A DNA stretch of 40,433 bases from Flavobacteriaceae bacterium (GTDB taxonomy: Bacteria > Bacteroidota > Bacteroidia > Flavobacteriales > Flavobacteriaceae), in contig DATGSA010000020.1 of NCBI GenBank assembly GCA_035303085.1, positions 1 to 40,433 of the forward strand. The letters run 5' to 3'. Positions within the stretch are counted from its first letter, which is position 1. Each line of letters begins with the position of its first letter. The notes beneath the pieces were generated by a model. It worked only from the letters and a program-made list of their open reading frames with translations. It was not told where the DNA came from and did not search any database. Of the stretch, positions 7,975 to 16,965 are shown one piece after another. The position numbers and the translations under genes are program-made.

Positions 7975-9600
7975 ATGCGTAGGAAATTTGTTCTTATATC
8001 AACATTCTTACTGGTGTTAACCTTGGCCTTATCAATTTGGTTAAATCCAAACTGGTATGTTTTCTTTGGGATAGTTTTGATACTCAGTATATTAGGGTAT
8101 TACGACATGTATCAAAAAAGGCATACAATCATGCGGATTTTTCCGGTGGTCGGAAGGCTTCGGTATGTCATGGAAGAATTGCGTCCTAAGACTTATCAAT
8201 ATTTTATTGAGTCCGATATCGATGGACGACCGTTTCACCGGGTGGATAGATCGACAGTATATCAACGTGCAAAGGGGGTCAGGGACACTATTCCTTTTGG
8301 AACTCAGTTTGATCTTTATGAAGAAGGATATGAATGGATGTGTCATTCTGTTGCGCCAAAAGCCTTTAGCTCGCTTGATCAAGATCCGCGGGTGATGATT
8401 GGAAATAAAGACTGTAAACAGCCTTATTCTGCCAGTATTATAAATATTTCAGCAATGAGTTTTGGATCACTAAGTGGTAACGCAGTGGAAGCGTTGAACT
8501 GGGGAGCAAAACTCGGTAATTTCGCGCATAACACGGGTGAAGGAGGAATTAGCGATTATCACTTAAAGCATAATGGCGATTTGATATGGCAGATTGGAAC
8601 CGGGTATTTTGGATGTAGAGATGAGGAAGGTAATTTTAATCCGGAATTATTTGAAGAAAAAGCCAATCACCCTAATGTTAAGATGATTGAGCTTAAGATT
8701 TCTCAAGGAGCAAAACCCGGACACGGAGGTATTTTGCCCGCTACAAAAAACTCCGAAGAAATTGCGAGAATTCGTCATATTTTGCCACATACGAAAGTAG
8801 CTTCTCCACCATATCACTCTGCTTTTAATACGCCGATGGGTATGGTCAAGTTTATCAAACAACTCAGGGATCTGTCCGGTGGAAAACCAGTAGGGTTTAA
8901 AATATGTATCGGTCATAAAAGTGAATTCATTTCCATTTGTCAGGCTATGGTTGAACAGGATACTTATCCGGATTTTATAGCTGTAGATGGAGGAGAAGGA
9001 GGTACAGGAGCAGCGCCCCCGGAGTTTAGTAATTATGTAGGAGCTCCGATGATTGATGGGTTAGATTTTGTTCATAATATTTTGAACGGAATGAATATTC
9101 GCAAACACATCAAAATAATGGCGTCCGGAAAAATAACTTCTGCTTTTCACGTAGCTCGTGCTATTGCGTTGGGAGCGGATATGTGTTACCAGGCCAGAGC
9201 CAATAAATTGGCGTTGGGTTGTATTCAATCAATTCTTTGTAACACCAATAGATGTCCAACCGGAATTACTACCCAAGACCCTAAATTAACTATTGGATTG
9301 GTTCCGGAGGATAAAAAAGATCGTGTAGCATCTTATCACGGAAAAACTATAAGTAATTTTATAGAACTTTTAGGGGCTGCCGGATTAGAACATCCTGGAG
9401 ACTTGACCAGAGAGCACATTTACAGACGGATATCCTTGAATGATATGATTACCTACGAGGAGCTCTTCCCGTCTATTAAGTTAGGTGCGATGCTAAAAGA
9501 AAGCAGTATTCCGGAGAAGTATAAGCTTGACTTTGCTTATGCGAATAAAGATAGCTGGGGAGTAAATCCGCAAAGCAAAAAAGGACACGTACTCTACTAA
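7975..9600 (+). CDS. FMN-binding glutamate-synthase-domain family protein with an N-terminal membrane anchor
   Basis: Two N-terminal TM helices. These are followed by 'ISAMSFGSLS', 'ELKISQGAKPGHGGILP' and 'IAVDGGEGGTGAAP', the signatures of the GltB FMN-binding (domain 2) fold. Confidence 0.85.
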   Translation: MRRKFVLISTFLLVLTLALSIWLNPNWYVFFGIVLILSILGYYDMYQKRHTIMRIFPVVGRLRYVMEELRPKTYQYFIESDIDGRPFHRVDRSTVYQRAKGVRDTIPFGTQFDLYEEGYEWMCHSVAPKAFSSLDQDPRVMIGNKDCKQPYSASIINISAMSFGSLSGNAVEALNWGAKLGNFAHNTGEGGISDYHLKHNGDLIWQIGTGYFGCRDEEGNFNPELFEEKANHPNVKMIELKISQGAKPGHGGILPATKNSEEIARIRHILPHTKVASPPYHSAFNTPMGMVKFIKQLRDLSGGKPVGFKICIGHKSEFISICQAMVEQDTYPDFIAVDGGEGGTGAAPPEFSNYVGAPMIDGLDFVHNILNGMNIRKHIKIMASGKITSAFHVARAIALGADMCYQARANKLALGCIQSILCNTNRCPTGITTQDPKLTIGLVPEDKKDRVASYHGKTISNFIELLGAAGLEHPGDLTREHIYRRISLNDMITYEELFPSIKLGAMLKESSIPEKYKLDFAYANKDSWGVNPQSKKGHVLY

Positions 9601-9628
9601 AGGGTACTTGCTTTTAGAAAATCATATA

Positions 9629-9661
9629 AGCCGTCTCTATTTAGTTAGGGGCGGTTTTTTT
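9629..9661 (+). terminator. Rho-independent terminator after the GltB-like gene
   Basis: AAGCCGTC...GGCGGTTT stem (includes G-U pairs) followed by a T-run. Confidence 0.5.
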
Positions 9662-9891
9662 ATGGGTGAAAAGGTTTGGGTTTAAAAATAACGTAAATGC
9701 TATGGGATTTTTTTGTTGTTATAATAGGAGTAAGCGGAAAGGGTTTTAGGGGGATAGCGAGCTTGAATAAAGCGCAACAGACTGCTTTGTTGGCTTAATA
9801 AGTCAATATGTGTAATACAGAAGTATGAGAGAAGTGTTTTTTTAAGCGATGTGTTTAAAGTCACTTTCAGCGGGAAGAGTTTATCGAAAAT

Positions 9892-9922
9892 AAAAAAAGC
9901 CCTTTCACTGGTGTGAAAAAGC
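9892..9922 (-). terminator. Rho-independent terminator downstream of tRNA-Asp
   Basis: On the minus strand: GCTTTTTCAC-ACCA-GTGAAAGGGC followed by TTTTTTT. Confidence 0.6.
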
Positions 9923-10012
9923 TCTTCATTGGTTTATTCCCATAAACCGAAATACCGATTAAGGTATTTCTACACAACATCGTTTTTAATCTTATAAGAC
10001 TAAGATCAAAAG

Positions 10013-10086
10013 CGGTCTGGACGAGACTCGAACTCGCGACCTCCGCCGTGACAGGGCGGCATTCTAACCAACTGAACTACCAGACC
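10013..10086 (-). tRNA. tRNA-Asp (anticodon GTC)
   Basis: Minus strand GGTCTGGTAGTTCAGTTGGTTAGAATGCCGCCCTGTCACGGCGGAGGTCGCGAGTTCGAGTCTCGTCCAGACCG. It folds as a cloverleaf with acceptor GGTCTGG/CCAGACC, anticodon stem CCGCC/GGCGG, loop CTGTCAC, T-loop TTCGAGT and discriminator G. CCA is not encoded. Confidence 0.95.
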
Positions 10087-10105
10087 AAAGTTTTTTAAGA
10101 ACGTT

Positions 10106-10113
10106 CAAAAATA
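10106..10113 (-). promoter_or_regulatory. -7 box TATTTTTG upstream of tRNA-Asp
   Basis: Minus-strand match to TAnnTTTG, 20 nt upstream of the tRNA 5' end. Confidence 0.4.
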
Positions 10114-10238
10114 AGATCTTATTTCTGACTGCGCTGGCAAAGATACATGAGTTATTTACATCTGCAAGTGCTTTTTGAAAGAAAATTTTAATATTCTCTT
10201 TTTATTTCTACAAAGAGTTGAAAATCAAACATGAGCCA

Positions 10239-11168
10239 TTAAATAAATTTTTGTCTTTCGACGAGATAAGTAGTCAATATTTTTTCAAATCCCTGTTGAA
10301 TGTCAACAGGAACATATTTTATTTTGTATTGAATACACTGCGCTTTTAATTCTTCAAAATAAGAATTCACCGCTTCCTTATAATTCGTTTTAATATTGTC
10401 GGCATAAAGATCTATAGTTTCTCCGGTTTCCACATCAACATATCTTTTTGGCCGATTATCGAAATTGAATAATAATTCCTTTTCGCGATCAAAAGTATGG
10501 AAAAGAACTACTTCGTTTTTATTATAGCGCAAATGATGCAAAGCTTCAAATAATTCTTCTTCACTCTTAGAAGCTTGAAACATATCGGTAAAAAGAAAGA
10601 CAAGAGATCTTCGTTTTAGTTTCTCGGCTATTTGATGTAAATAGGTATAAGTTTTGGTTTCATTGCCGGAAGAGGGTTGAGCCATCGCTTTCTCCATTTC
10701 TGCGAGCAAAACATGATGGTGTCGTTCACTTCCTTTTTCCGGAGCATAAAAGTCATAATCATCACTATAAATACTAAGTCCAACTGCATCTCTTTGTTTT
10801 TTGAAAATATTCATCAACGCTGCAGAAGCCAATACAGAAAATCCTATTTTATTCAGCGAATCTAATTTTAGTTGAGAAACAAAAGGATAGTGCATTGAGG
10901 TCGAATTGTCGATAATTAAATGACAACGCAGATTGGTTTCTTCTTCATATCGCTTGGTGTAAAGTTTATCGGTCTTGGCAAATAACTTCCAATCTATATG
11001 CTTTGTGCTCTCTCCTTGGTTGTATATCTTATGTTCTGCAAACTCTGCCGAAAATCCGTGAAAAGGACTTTTATGAATTCCGGAAATAAATCCCTCCACA
11101 ACCTCTTGCGCTAATAATTCTAAATTAGTGAATCCTGAAGTCTTATTTAATTTGGATTGTAAATTCAT
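10239..11168 (-). CDS. DUF58 domain protein (vWA-like, MoxR/Bat-operon type)
   Basis: 'HKSPFHGFSAEFAEHKIYNQGESTKHIDWKLFAKTDKLYTKRYEEETNL...LIIDNSTSM' is the typical DUF58 core. Confidence 0.8.
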   Translation of the reverse strand: MNLQSKLNKTSGFTNLELLAQEVVEGFISGIHKSPFHGFSAEFAEHKIYNQGESTKHIDWKLFAKTDKLYTKRYEEETNLRCHLIIDNSTSMHYPFVSQLKLDSLNKIGFSVLASAALMNIFKKQRDAVGLSIYSDDYDFYAPEKGSERHHHVLLAEMEKAMAQPSSGNETKTYTYLHQIAEKLKRRSLVFLFTDMFQASKSEEELFEALHHLRYNKNEVVLFHTFDREKELLFNFDNRPKRYVDVETGETIDLYADNIKTNYKEAVNSYFEELKAQCIQYKIKYVPVDIQQGFEKILTTYLVERQKFI

Positions 11169-11246
11169 AACAATGATTTATTGTACTAAAATAAAAAAGG
11201 TTCGACCGTAGCCAAACCTTTTTTTAAAATATTTAAAGCTAATTTT

Positions 11247-11564
11247 TTATAGTTGCTCATCCAAAACTTTGGTATAAGCATCTTTAGGAGAAGCACCTAC
11301 TTGACGAGCTACCATTTCTCCATCTTTGAAAACCAATACTGTTGGAATGTTTCGAACGCCGTATTTAGCAGCAAACTCCTGATTTTCGTCAACATCCATT
11401 TTACCGACTACAGCTTTCCCGTCGTATTCTTCAGCAATTTCTTCTATGATTGGACCAACCATTTTACAAGGACCACACCAAGCAGCCCAAAAATCTACCA
11501 TAACCGGTTTATCACTCTTTAGTACTTTTTCTTCGAAATTAGCATCTGTGAATTCTATTGCCAT
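11247..11564 (-). CDS. trxA: Thioredoxin
   Basis: 105 aa from the internal ATG 11564 (MAIEFTDANFEEKVL...). The catalytic WCGPC and the cis-Pro 'IPT' are present. Confidence 0.9.
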   Translation of the reverse strand: MAIEFTDANFEEKVLKSDKPVMVDFWAAWCGPCKMVGPIIEEIAEEYDGKAVVGKMDVDENQEFAAKYGVRNIPTVLVFKDGEMVARQVGASPKDAYTKVLDEQL

Positions 11565-11829
11565 AACATTATTTTTTATTGTTCCCCGCAAACTTAATGA
11601 TTTTTGTTAGACAAATAATGTTTTTGTAATAGTATTATGCTATTCTTAGATTGTCCGAATTTATATTGGAAAAACGGCTGCACCTCTAATCTGAAAATAA
11701 CCTCCCGATTTTAGCAAATTAAACAGGAGTTTTCTTTTAAATTTAATGATTGGGTTTTCGTTAAATCTCCTACAAAGTGAGGGGCTGTGCTTAATTAAAA
11801 TCTTAATTTTGCCAAGTTAAAATAAAAAT

Positions 11830-13059
11830 ATGTTAGTCCTTTTATTTTTAATTCCATTGCTTCTTTTGGGGTTTTATGCTTTTCAAGCCATAAAGACACT
11901 AACGCAAAAGCGATGGATTCGACTTGCTTATTTGGTTTTTTGTGGGGCAATACTGTTGGATTTTTTTACGCGGTTAATCGTATTTAAAAGAACAGAAGCA
12001 ATGGAAGGTTCAAAAGCTTATTCTTTTGGACTTGTTTTGACAATTGCTGCTGCTCAATTGGTTTTGGTAATATTTATGTTCGGCGAAGATATCGTGCGTT
12101 TTATTAAAGCCCTGTTCGCCAAAAGAACAAAATCGACTAAACCATTACACTTGCCTTCGCGCAGGAAATTTATTAGTCAACTGGCCTTGGGATTGGCTGC
12201 TATCCCATTTTCTTCAATGTTATACGGAATGTTTAAAGGGAAATATGATTTTAGAGTACTCTCTTATGAACTCGAATTTGACGATCTCCCGGAAGCCTTT
12301 GACGGATATAAAATCACCCAAGTTAGTGATATCCACTGTGGAAGTTTTGACAACAGAGAAAAAGTAGCCTACGGAGTTGATTTAATAAAGGAGCAAAATT
12401 CTGACGCGATTGTTTTTACGGGAGACTTAGTAAATAATTTGTCGAATGAATTGGAAGATTGGAAGGACTTATTGGGATCAATTTCCGCTCCGGATGGAGT
12501 TTTTTCAGTGTTGGGAAATCACGATTATGGAGATTATTACAGATGGGATAATGAAGCTGATAAAAAAGAAAATTTTGCTCAAATAAAAAAATTACAGACG
12601 GAGATGGGTTGGGATTTGTTGCTCAATGAAAATCGGAAAATTGAACGAGACGGACAATATTTAAATATCGTAGGGGTAGAGAATTGGGGAAATGGAAGAT
12701 TTCCAAAATATGGTGATGAAGATAAAGCTGCGGGAGATCTAACGGCAGAAGATTTTAAAATTTTACTGAGTCACGATCCTTCTCATTGGCATGAGAAAAT
12801 TCAGAATGATAATCGCAATTATCAGTTAACTCTCAGCGGGCATACGCACGGCATGCAATTTGGGGTGGAAATTCCCGGAGTGGAAAAATGGAGTCCGGTT
12901 AAATATCGATACAAATACTGGGCGGGAGTTTATAAAGTACACGGTAGGTACATCAACGTAAATCGCGGTTTTGGATATCTCGGATATCCGGGGCGTGTAG
13001 GAATATGGCCCGAAATTTCTGTGATTCGTCTTAAAAAGAAAAACACGAGTGGATCTTAG
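11830..13059 (+). CDS. Membrane-anchored metallophosphoesterase (YkuE-like)
   Basis: N-terminal TM helices, then 'ITQVSDIHCG', 'FTGDLVN', 'VLGNHD' and 'LSGHTHG', the calcineurin-like phosphoesterase motifs. Confidence 0.85.
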   Translation: MLVLLFLIPLLLLGFYAFQAIKTLTQKRWIRLAYLVFCGAILLDFFTRLIVFKRTEAMEGSKAYSFGLVLTIAAAQLVLVIFMFGEDIVRFIKALFAKRTKSTKPLHLPSRRKFISQLALGLAAIPFSSMLYGMFKGKYDFRVLSYELEFDDLPEAFDGYKITQVSDIHCGSFDNREKVAYGVDLIKEQNSDAIVFTGDLVNNLSNELEDWKDLLGSISAPDGVFSVLGNHDYGDYYRWDNEADKKENFAQIKKLQTEMGWDLLLNENRKIERDGQYLNIVGVENWGNGRFPKYGDEDKAAGDLTAEDFKILLSHDPSHWHEKIQNDNRNYQLTLSGHTHGMQFGVEIPGVEKWSPVKYRYKYWAGVYKVHGRYINVNRGFGYLGYPGRVGIWPEISVIRLKKKNTSGS

Positions 13060-13217
13060 ATGAAAAATTGCTGGAAGAATGATTTTATTTCGGTTGTTTT
13101 TCTATAGAGGAAAGATAATATAAACTATTTGACAGATAATATTTTTACATTGAAATTTCTTAGAGGGATATATTAATATTTTAAGCTTGAAATAGCACAA
13201 GGATATGAATGGTTTTT

Positions 13218-13225
13218 TATCTTTG
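13218..13225 (+). promoter_or_regulatory. -7 box TATCTTTG upstream of the Trx-like/aspartate kinase pair
   Basis: Matches TAnnTTTG, 52 nt upstream of ATG 13277. Confidence 0.35.
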
Positions 13226-13276
13226 ACTTTTCCCGATTTAGTTTTAAATCGCAATTTTTGAAATAAACTAATTTAC

Positions 13277-13570
13277 ATGGCAAAATTTGGTGATCTTATA
13301 GATAATGAAGTTCCGGTATTGATTGAATTTTATAAAACAGGTAAGGATAATTCTACTTCTGAATCAGTTTTGACCACGGTGGCACAGCGATTAAAGGAAA
13401 AAACAAGAGTTGTCAGAATTGATATTAAAAAAAACATGCAACTTGCTGAAGCCCTTAAAATCGAAGCGTTGCCTACACTGGTAATTTATCAAAAAGGGGA
13501 AATGGTATGGCGCAAAAGCGGATTTTTATCAGCACAAGACTTGATTTCAGAGTTGAAAAAGTTGATGTAG
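13277..13570 (+). CDS. Thioredoxin-fold protein lacking the CxxC active site
   Basis: 97 aa. It aligns by eye with the trxA product in this window ('PVLIEFY...LPTLVIYQKGEMV') but contains no cysteine at all. Confidence 0.7.
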   Translation: MAKFGDLIDNEVPVLIEFYKTGKDNSTSESVLTTVAQRLKEKTRVVRIDIKKNMQLAEALKIEALPTLVIYQKGEMVWRKSGFLSAQDLISELKKLM

Positions 13571-13600
13571 AAAATTGATTTGTCAGTAAATTGGAAGTAT

Positions 13601-14848
13601 ATGCAAGTTTTTAAATTTGGAGGAGCATCTGTAAAAGATGCAAAAGGAGTTAAAAACCTTTACCGCATTCTTCAATTATATCCAAATACCCGAAAAGTGG
13701 TGGTGGTTTCCGCTATGAACAAGATGACCAATTTACTCGAAGAAGTGGTCGGTGCATACTTTAATAATCCCGAAGACCTCTCCATAAAAATTGACGGTGT
13801 AAAAGAATATCATTTACAGATTTGTGCAGCCCTTTTTGATTCCAAACATAAAATTCATCGACAAATAAATACATTTACTGAAAAAATTGAAAGTTTTTTA
13901 AAGGTGAATAAATCGGAAAACTATGATTTTGTTTACGACCAAATTGTGCCGTACGGGGAATTGATGAGCACGACTATCGTCAGTGAATATCTGAGGTTTA
14001 AAAAGCTGGAAAACACTTTGTTAGATGCAAGAGAACTCATAAAAACCGATTCGATTTACAGAGAAGCAAAAATTGACTGGGAAACCACAGAAAACAATTT
14101 AAAAGAGCGTATTCAATCGGATAAATTAAGTTTAATCCAAGGTTTTATCGCTTCCGATCAATGGCAAAACACCACGACATTGGGTCGGGAAGGAAGTGAT
14201 TATACCGCAGGGATAATCGCTTATTGTTTGGACGCCGAGGAGGTGTTGATTTGGAAAAATGTAGATGGTGTACTCAACGCTGATCCTCAAGAATTTAAAA
14301 ATACCGTTTTATTAAATCAAATTTCCTATCAGGAAGCCATAGAACTTTCTTTTTATGGCGCTTCTGTTATTCATCCCAAAACAATACAACCTCTTCAAAG
14401 AAAAGAAATTCCACTATATGTTAAATCATTTTACAACCCTGAGAAAAAAGGTACCTCTGTATGTGAAAGACAAAAAATAGACCCTTTGGTGCCTTGCTTT
14501 ATTGTAAAAAAAGAATTGATTTTGCTGTCGATTTCTACAATGGATTTTTCCTTTTTTGTCGAAGAGAATATCAGTGAGGTTTTTGCTTTGTTTCATAAAT
14601 ATCAAGTAAAAGTTCATTTGATTCAGAATTCAGCGATTAGTTTTTCACTGTGTATCAATAATAAATTTAGAAAAGCAGATATCCTGATAGATCATCTTCA
14701 AAAAAAGTTTAAAGTAAGTTACAATAAGGATGTCATGCTTTATACTATTCGTCATTTTGATCAAGAAGCAATCGAGCGTATCAGGAAAAACCGTGATGTA
14801 TTATTAGAACAACGCACACGAGAAACTGTTCAGTTTGTTACCAAGTAG
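13601..14848 (+). CDS. lysC: Aspartate kinase (monofunctional)
   Basis: 'MQVFKFGGASVKDA', 'VVVVSAM' and 'TLGREGSDYTAG', with C-terminal ACT-like repeats. I prefer ATG 13601 over the TTG at 13580 given in the track. Confidence 0.85.
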   Translation: MQVFKFGGASVKDAKGVKNLYRILQLYPNTRKVVVVSAMNKMTNLLEEVVGAYFNNPEDLSIKIDGVKEYHLQICAALFDSKHKIHRQINTFTEKIESFLKVNKSENYDFVYDQIVPYGELMSTTIVSEYLRFKKLENTLLDARELIKTDSIYREAKIDWETTENNLKERIQSDKLSLIQGFIASDQWQNTTTLGREGSDYTAGIIAYCLDAEEVLIWKNVDGVLNADPQEFKNTVLLNQISYQEAIELSFYGASVIHPKTIQPLQRKEIPLYVKSFYNPEKKGTSVCERQKIDPLVPCFIVKKELILLSISTMDFSFFVEENISEVFALFHKYQVKVHLIQNSAISFSLCINNKFRKADILIDHLQKKFKVSYNKDVMLYTIRHFDQEAIERIRKNRDVLLEQRTRETVQFVTK

Positions 14849-14893
14849 AATAAGATAAATTGTTATCTTTGTGTTAACTAAACAAGTTGTAAT

Positions 14894-16702
14894 ATGCCGG
14901 TTATCAATGCTAAAGAAGTAGCTCAAGGTCTCAAATTGGACAAGTTCGGATTTATTGGAACCGCTGTTGGTTTGGCAGTGTTAGCATTGACACGACTCAA
15001 TAAGGTGAATCGTATATATGATGAACGAGCGGATTTACCTACTTTGGAGTTTTTAGAATCTGCGTTGAGTGAATTGGCTATAAATTTAGAAATCCCTAAA
15101 AAAGATCTTAAGAGGATTCCTGCTGAGGGTGCTTTTATCGTTGTGGCCAATCATCCGTTGGGTATGATTGACGGTATGATTTTGATGAAAACCCTGATTA
15201 GAAAACGTTCGGATTTTAAAGTGATGGCTAATTTTTTATTGGAAAGGTTTGACCCGCTCAAACCTTATCTTCTTCCTGTTAATCCATTTGAAGATCGAAA
15301 AGAATTGAAATCCAGTCTAAGTGGAGTTCGCGCAGCTCTAAAACATGTTCAGGCCGGTAAACCTTTTGGAGTTTTTCCCGCCGGAGAAGTTTCAACTACT
15401 ATTGTTGATGAAAATATAGTTGATCGTCCTTGGATGTTGGAAGCTGTTAAATTAATTCAGAAAGCAAAAGTGCCGATTGTGCCGATTTATTTTCACGGAA
15501 ATAACAGCAAAGCCTTTTATCGTTTGGCAAAAGTGAGTGATTCTCTTAGAACTATTAAGCTGCCAAGCGAGATGGTTTCAAGATACAACAGGGAAGTGAA
15601 AATGCGAATTGGAAATCCCATAGCTGTGGAAACACAAAATAATTATCAAGATACAACGGAGTATGGTGACTTTTTAAGAAAAAAAGTTTATATGCTTTCA
15701 AGCGGATTCGATAAAAAAAGTATGTTGAGAAGTATTTCTTCTCAGATGAAAATTCAGAAATTTCCTCGAGATATAGTTCGAGAAACTTCAGAAGAATTGA
15801 GGATTCAAGAGATTGAGTTTTGCCGAAAAAATGATAAAAGACTATTGAAGAGTCATAATTATGAGATTTTTTTAGCCGAGAAAAAAGATATTCCAAATAT
15901 TGTTCAAGAGATTGGCAGGTTGCGTGAAATTACCTTCAGAGCTATTGGTGAGGGAACTAACCAATCGATAGATCTCGATGAGTTTGACCACTATTATCAT
16001 CATCTTTTTCTTTATGATAACAAAACTCAAAAGATAGTAGGTGCTTATCGAATGGGGCTGGGAAAAGAAATTTTTAAAAAATATGGAATAAATGGTTTTT
16101 ATTTGCAAAAACTCTTTCGATTTGAACCCGAACTTCACAAAATGATGAGCGAATCCATAGAAATGGGAAGAGCTTTTATCATTCCGGAATACCAAAAAAA
16201 AGCGACAACACTTTTTTATTTATGGAAAGGAATTGTACACTGTACCCTGCGTTTTCCCGAACATAAATATTTGATTGGAGGGGTAAGTATCAGCAATAAA
16301 TTTTCACATTTTTCCAAGTCGTTGATGATAGAATTTATGATGTCACATTTTTATGATCCTTATGTAGCACAATATATTCGTCCAAAGAAAGAATTTAAAG
16401 TAAAACTAAAAGATGCTGATAAAGACTTTGTATTTGATGAAAGTAAAGCGGATCTTAATAAATTCGACAAATTAATCTACGAACTTGAGCCGGACAATAT
16501 TCGGATGCCGGTTTTACTGAAGAAATACATTAAACAAAATGCCAAAGTAGTCGCATTCAATGTCGATCCTTTATTCAATAATGCAGTTGACGGATTGATG
16601 TATATCAGGATTGCAGATTTGCCGGAATCAACCGTTAAACCTGTGATGGATGAATTTCAAAAATCATTGGAAAACAAGGAAAAGGAACGAGGGAAAACTT
16701 AA
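14894..16702 (+). CDS. olsF: Fused lysophospholipid (PlsC-type) O-acyltransferase / GNAT-like N-acyltransferase, an OlsF-type aminolipid synthase
   Basis: The N-terminal half has the H(x)4D motif 'NHPLGMIDG' and 'FPAGEVS'. The C-terminal half is the OlsB/hemolysin-like N-acyltransferase type ('LREITFRAIGEGTN...YHHLFLYD...IVGAYRMG'). Confidence 0.7.
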   Translation: MPVINAKEVAQGLKLDKFGFIGTAVGLAVLALTRLNKVNRIYDERADLPTLEFLESALSELAINLEIPKKDLKRIPAEGAFIVVANHPLGMIDGMILMKTLIRKRSDFKVMANFLLERFDPLKPYLLPVNPFEDRKELKSSLSGVRAALKHVQAGKPFGVFPAGEVSTTIVDENIVDRPWMLEAVKLIQKAKVPIVPIYFHGNNSKAFYRLAKVSDSLRTIKLPSEMVSRYNREVKMRIGNPIAVETQNNYQDTTEYGDFLRKKVYMLSSGFDKKSMLRSISSQMKIQKFPRDIVRETSEELRIQEIEFCRKNDKRLLKSHNYEIFLAEKKDIPNIVQEIGRLREITFRAIGEGTNQSIDLDEFDHYYHHLFLYDNKTQKIVGAYRMGLGKEIFKKYGINGFYLQKLFRFEPELHKMMSESIEMGRAFIIPEYQKKATTLFYLWKGIVHCTLRFPEHKYLIGGVSISNKFSHFSKSLMIEFMMSHFYDPYVAQYIRPKKEFKVKLKDADKDFVFDESKADLNKFDKLIYELEPDNIRMPVLLKKYIKQNAKVVAFNVDPLFNNAVDGLMYIRIADLPESTVKPVMDEFQKSLENKEKERGKT

Positions 16703-16965
16703 GTTTGATGCTACTGCCGGTAGGATATAAGCAAGAATTGTTCGATAGTCCGAAATAAAATTAATAAATTCAACCAGCTATAATGCTTTAAAAAATTATT
16801 TCATTATTATTCTTCTTAAATTGTAATATTTTTATTATACTTTTCCTGCAAATTCCTATGGTTAAATTAACTATGATTTGAACAGTCAAGATTTAGCGAT
16901 ATGAATGCTTTAACTGATGTGTTTTAAACTTTTAATATAAGTTTATTTTATCTTCCCTTTTGTAA

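Noticed and set aside
11565-11591. Nine-residue N-terminal extension of thioredoxin (MRGTIKNNV).
   Set aside because: Thioredoxins of this type start close to the first beta-strand. The ATG at 11564 gives a canonical 105-aa protein. The assignment is not critical.
15555-16195. Antisense 'shadow' ORFs listed in the track. Examples: 15555..15896 and 15872..16195, 1098..1627, 4063..4571, 6358..6885, 8092..8916, 10677..10865, 11253..11522, 17715..18155, 19959..20156, 21000..21497, 25095..25292, 26729..26926, 28588..28999, 31333..31596, 34361..34585, 36056..36274 and 37697..38368.
   Set aside because: Each lies wholly inside a longer, motif-supported gene on the opposite strand or in another frame. 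All have low-complexity, Ile/Lys/Phe/Ser-rich translations typical of AT-rich antisense frames.
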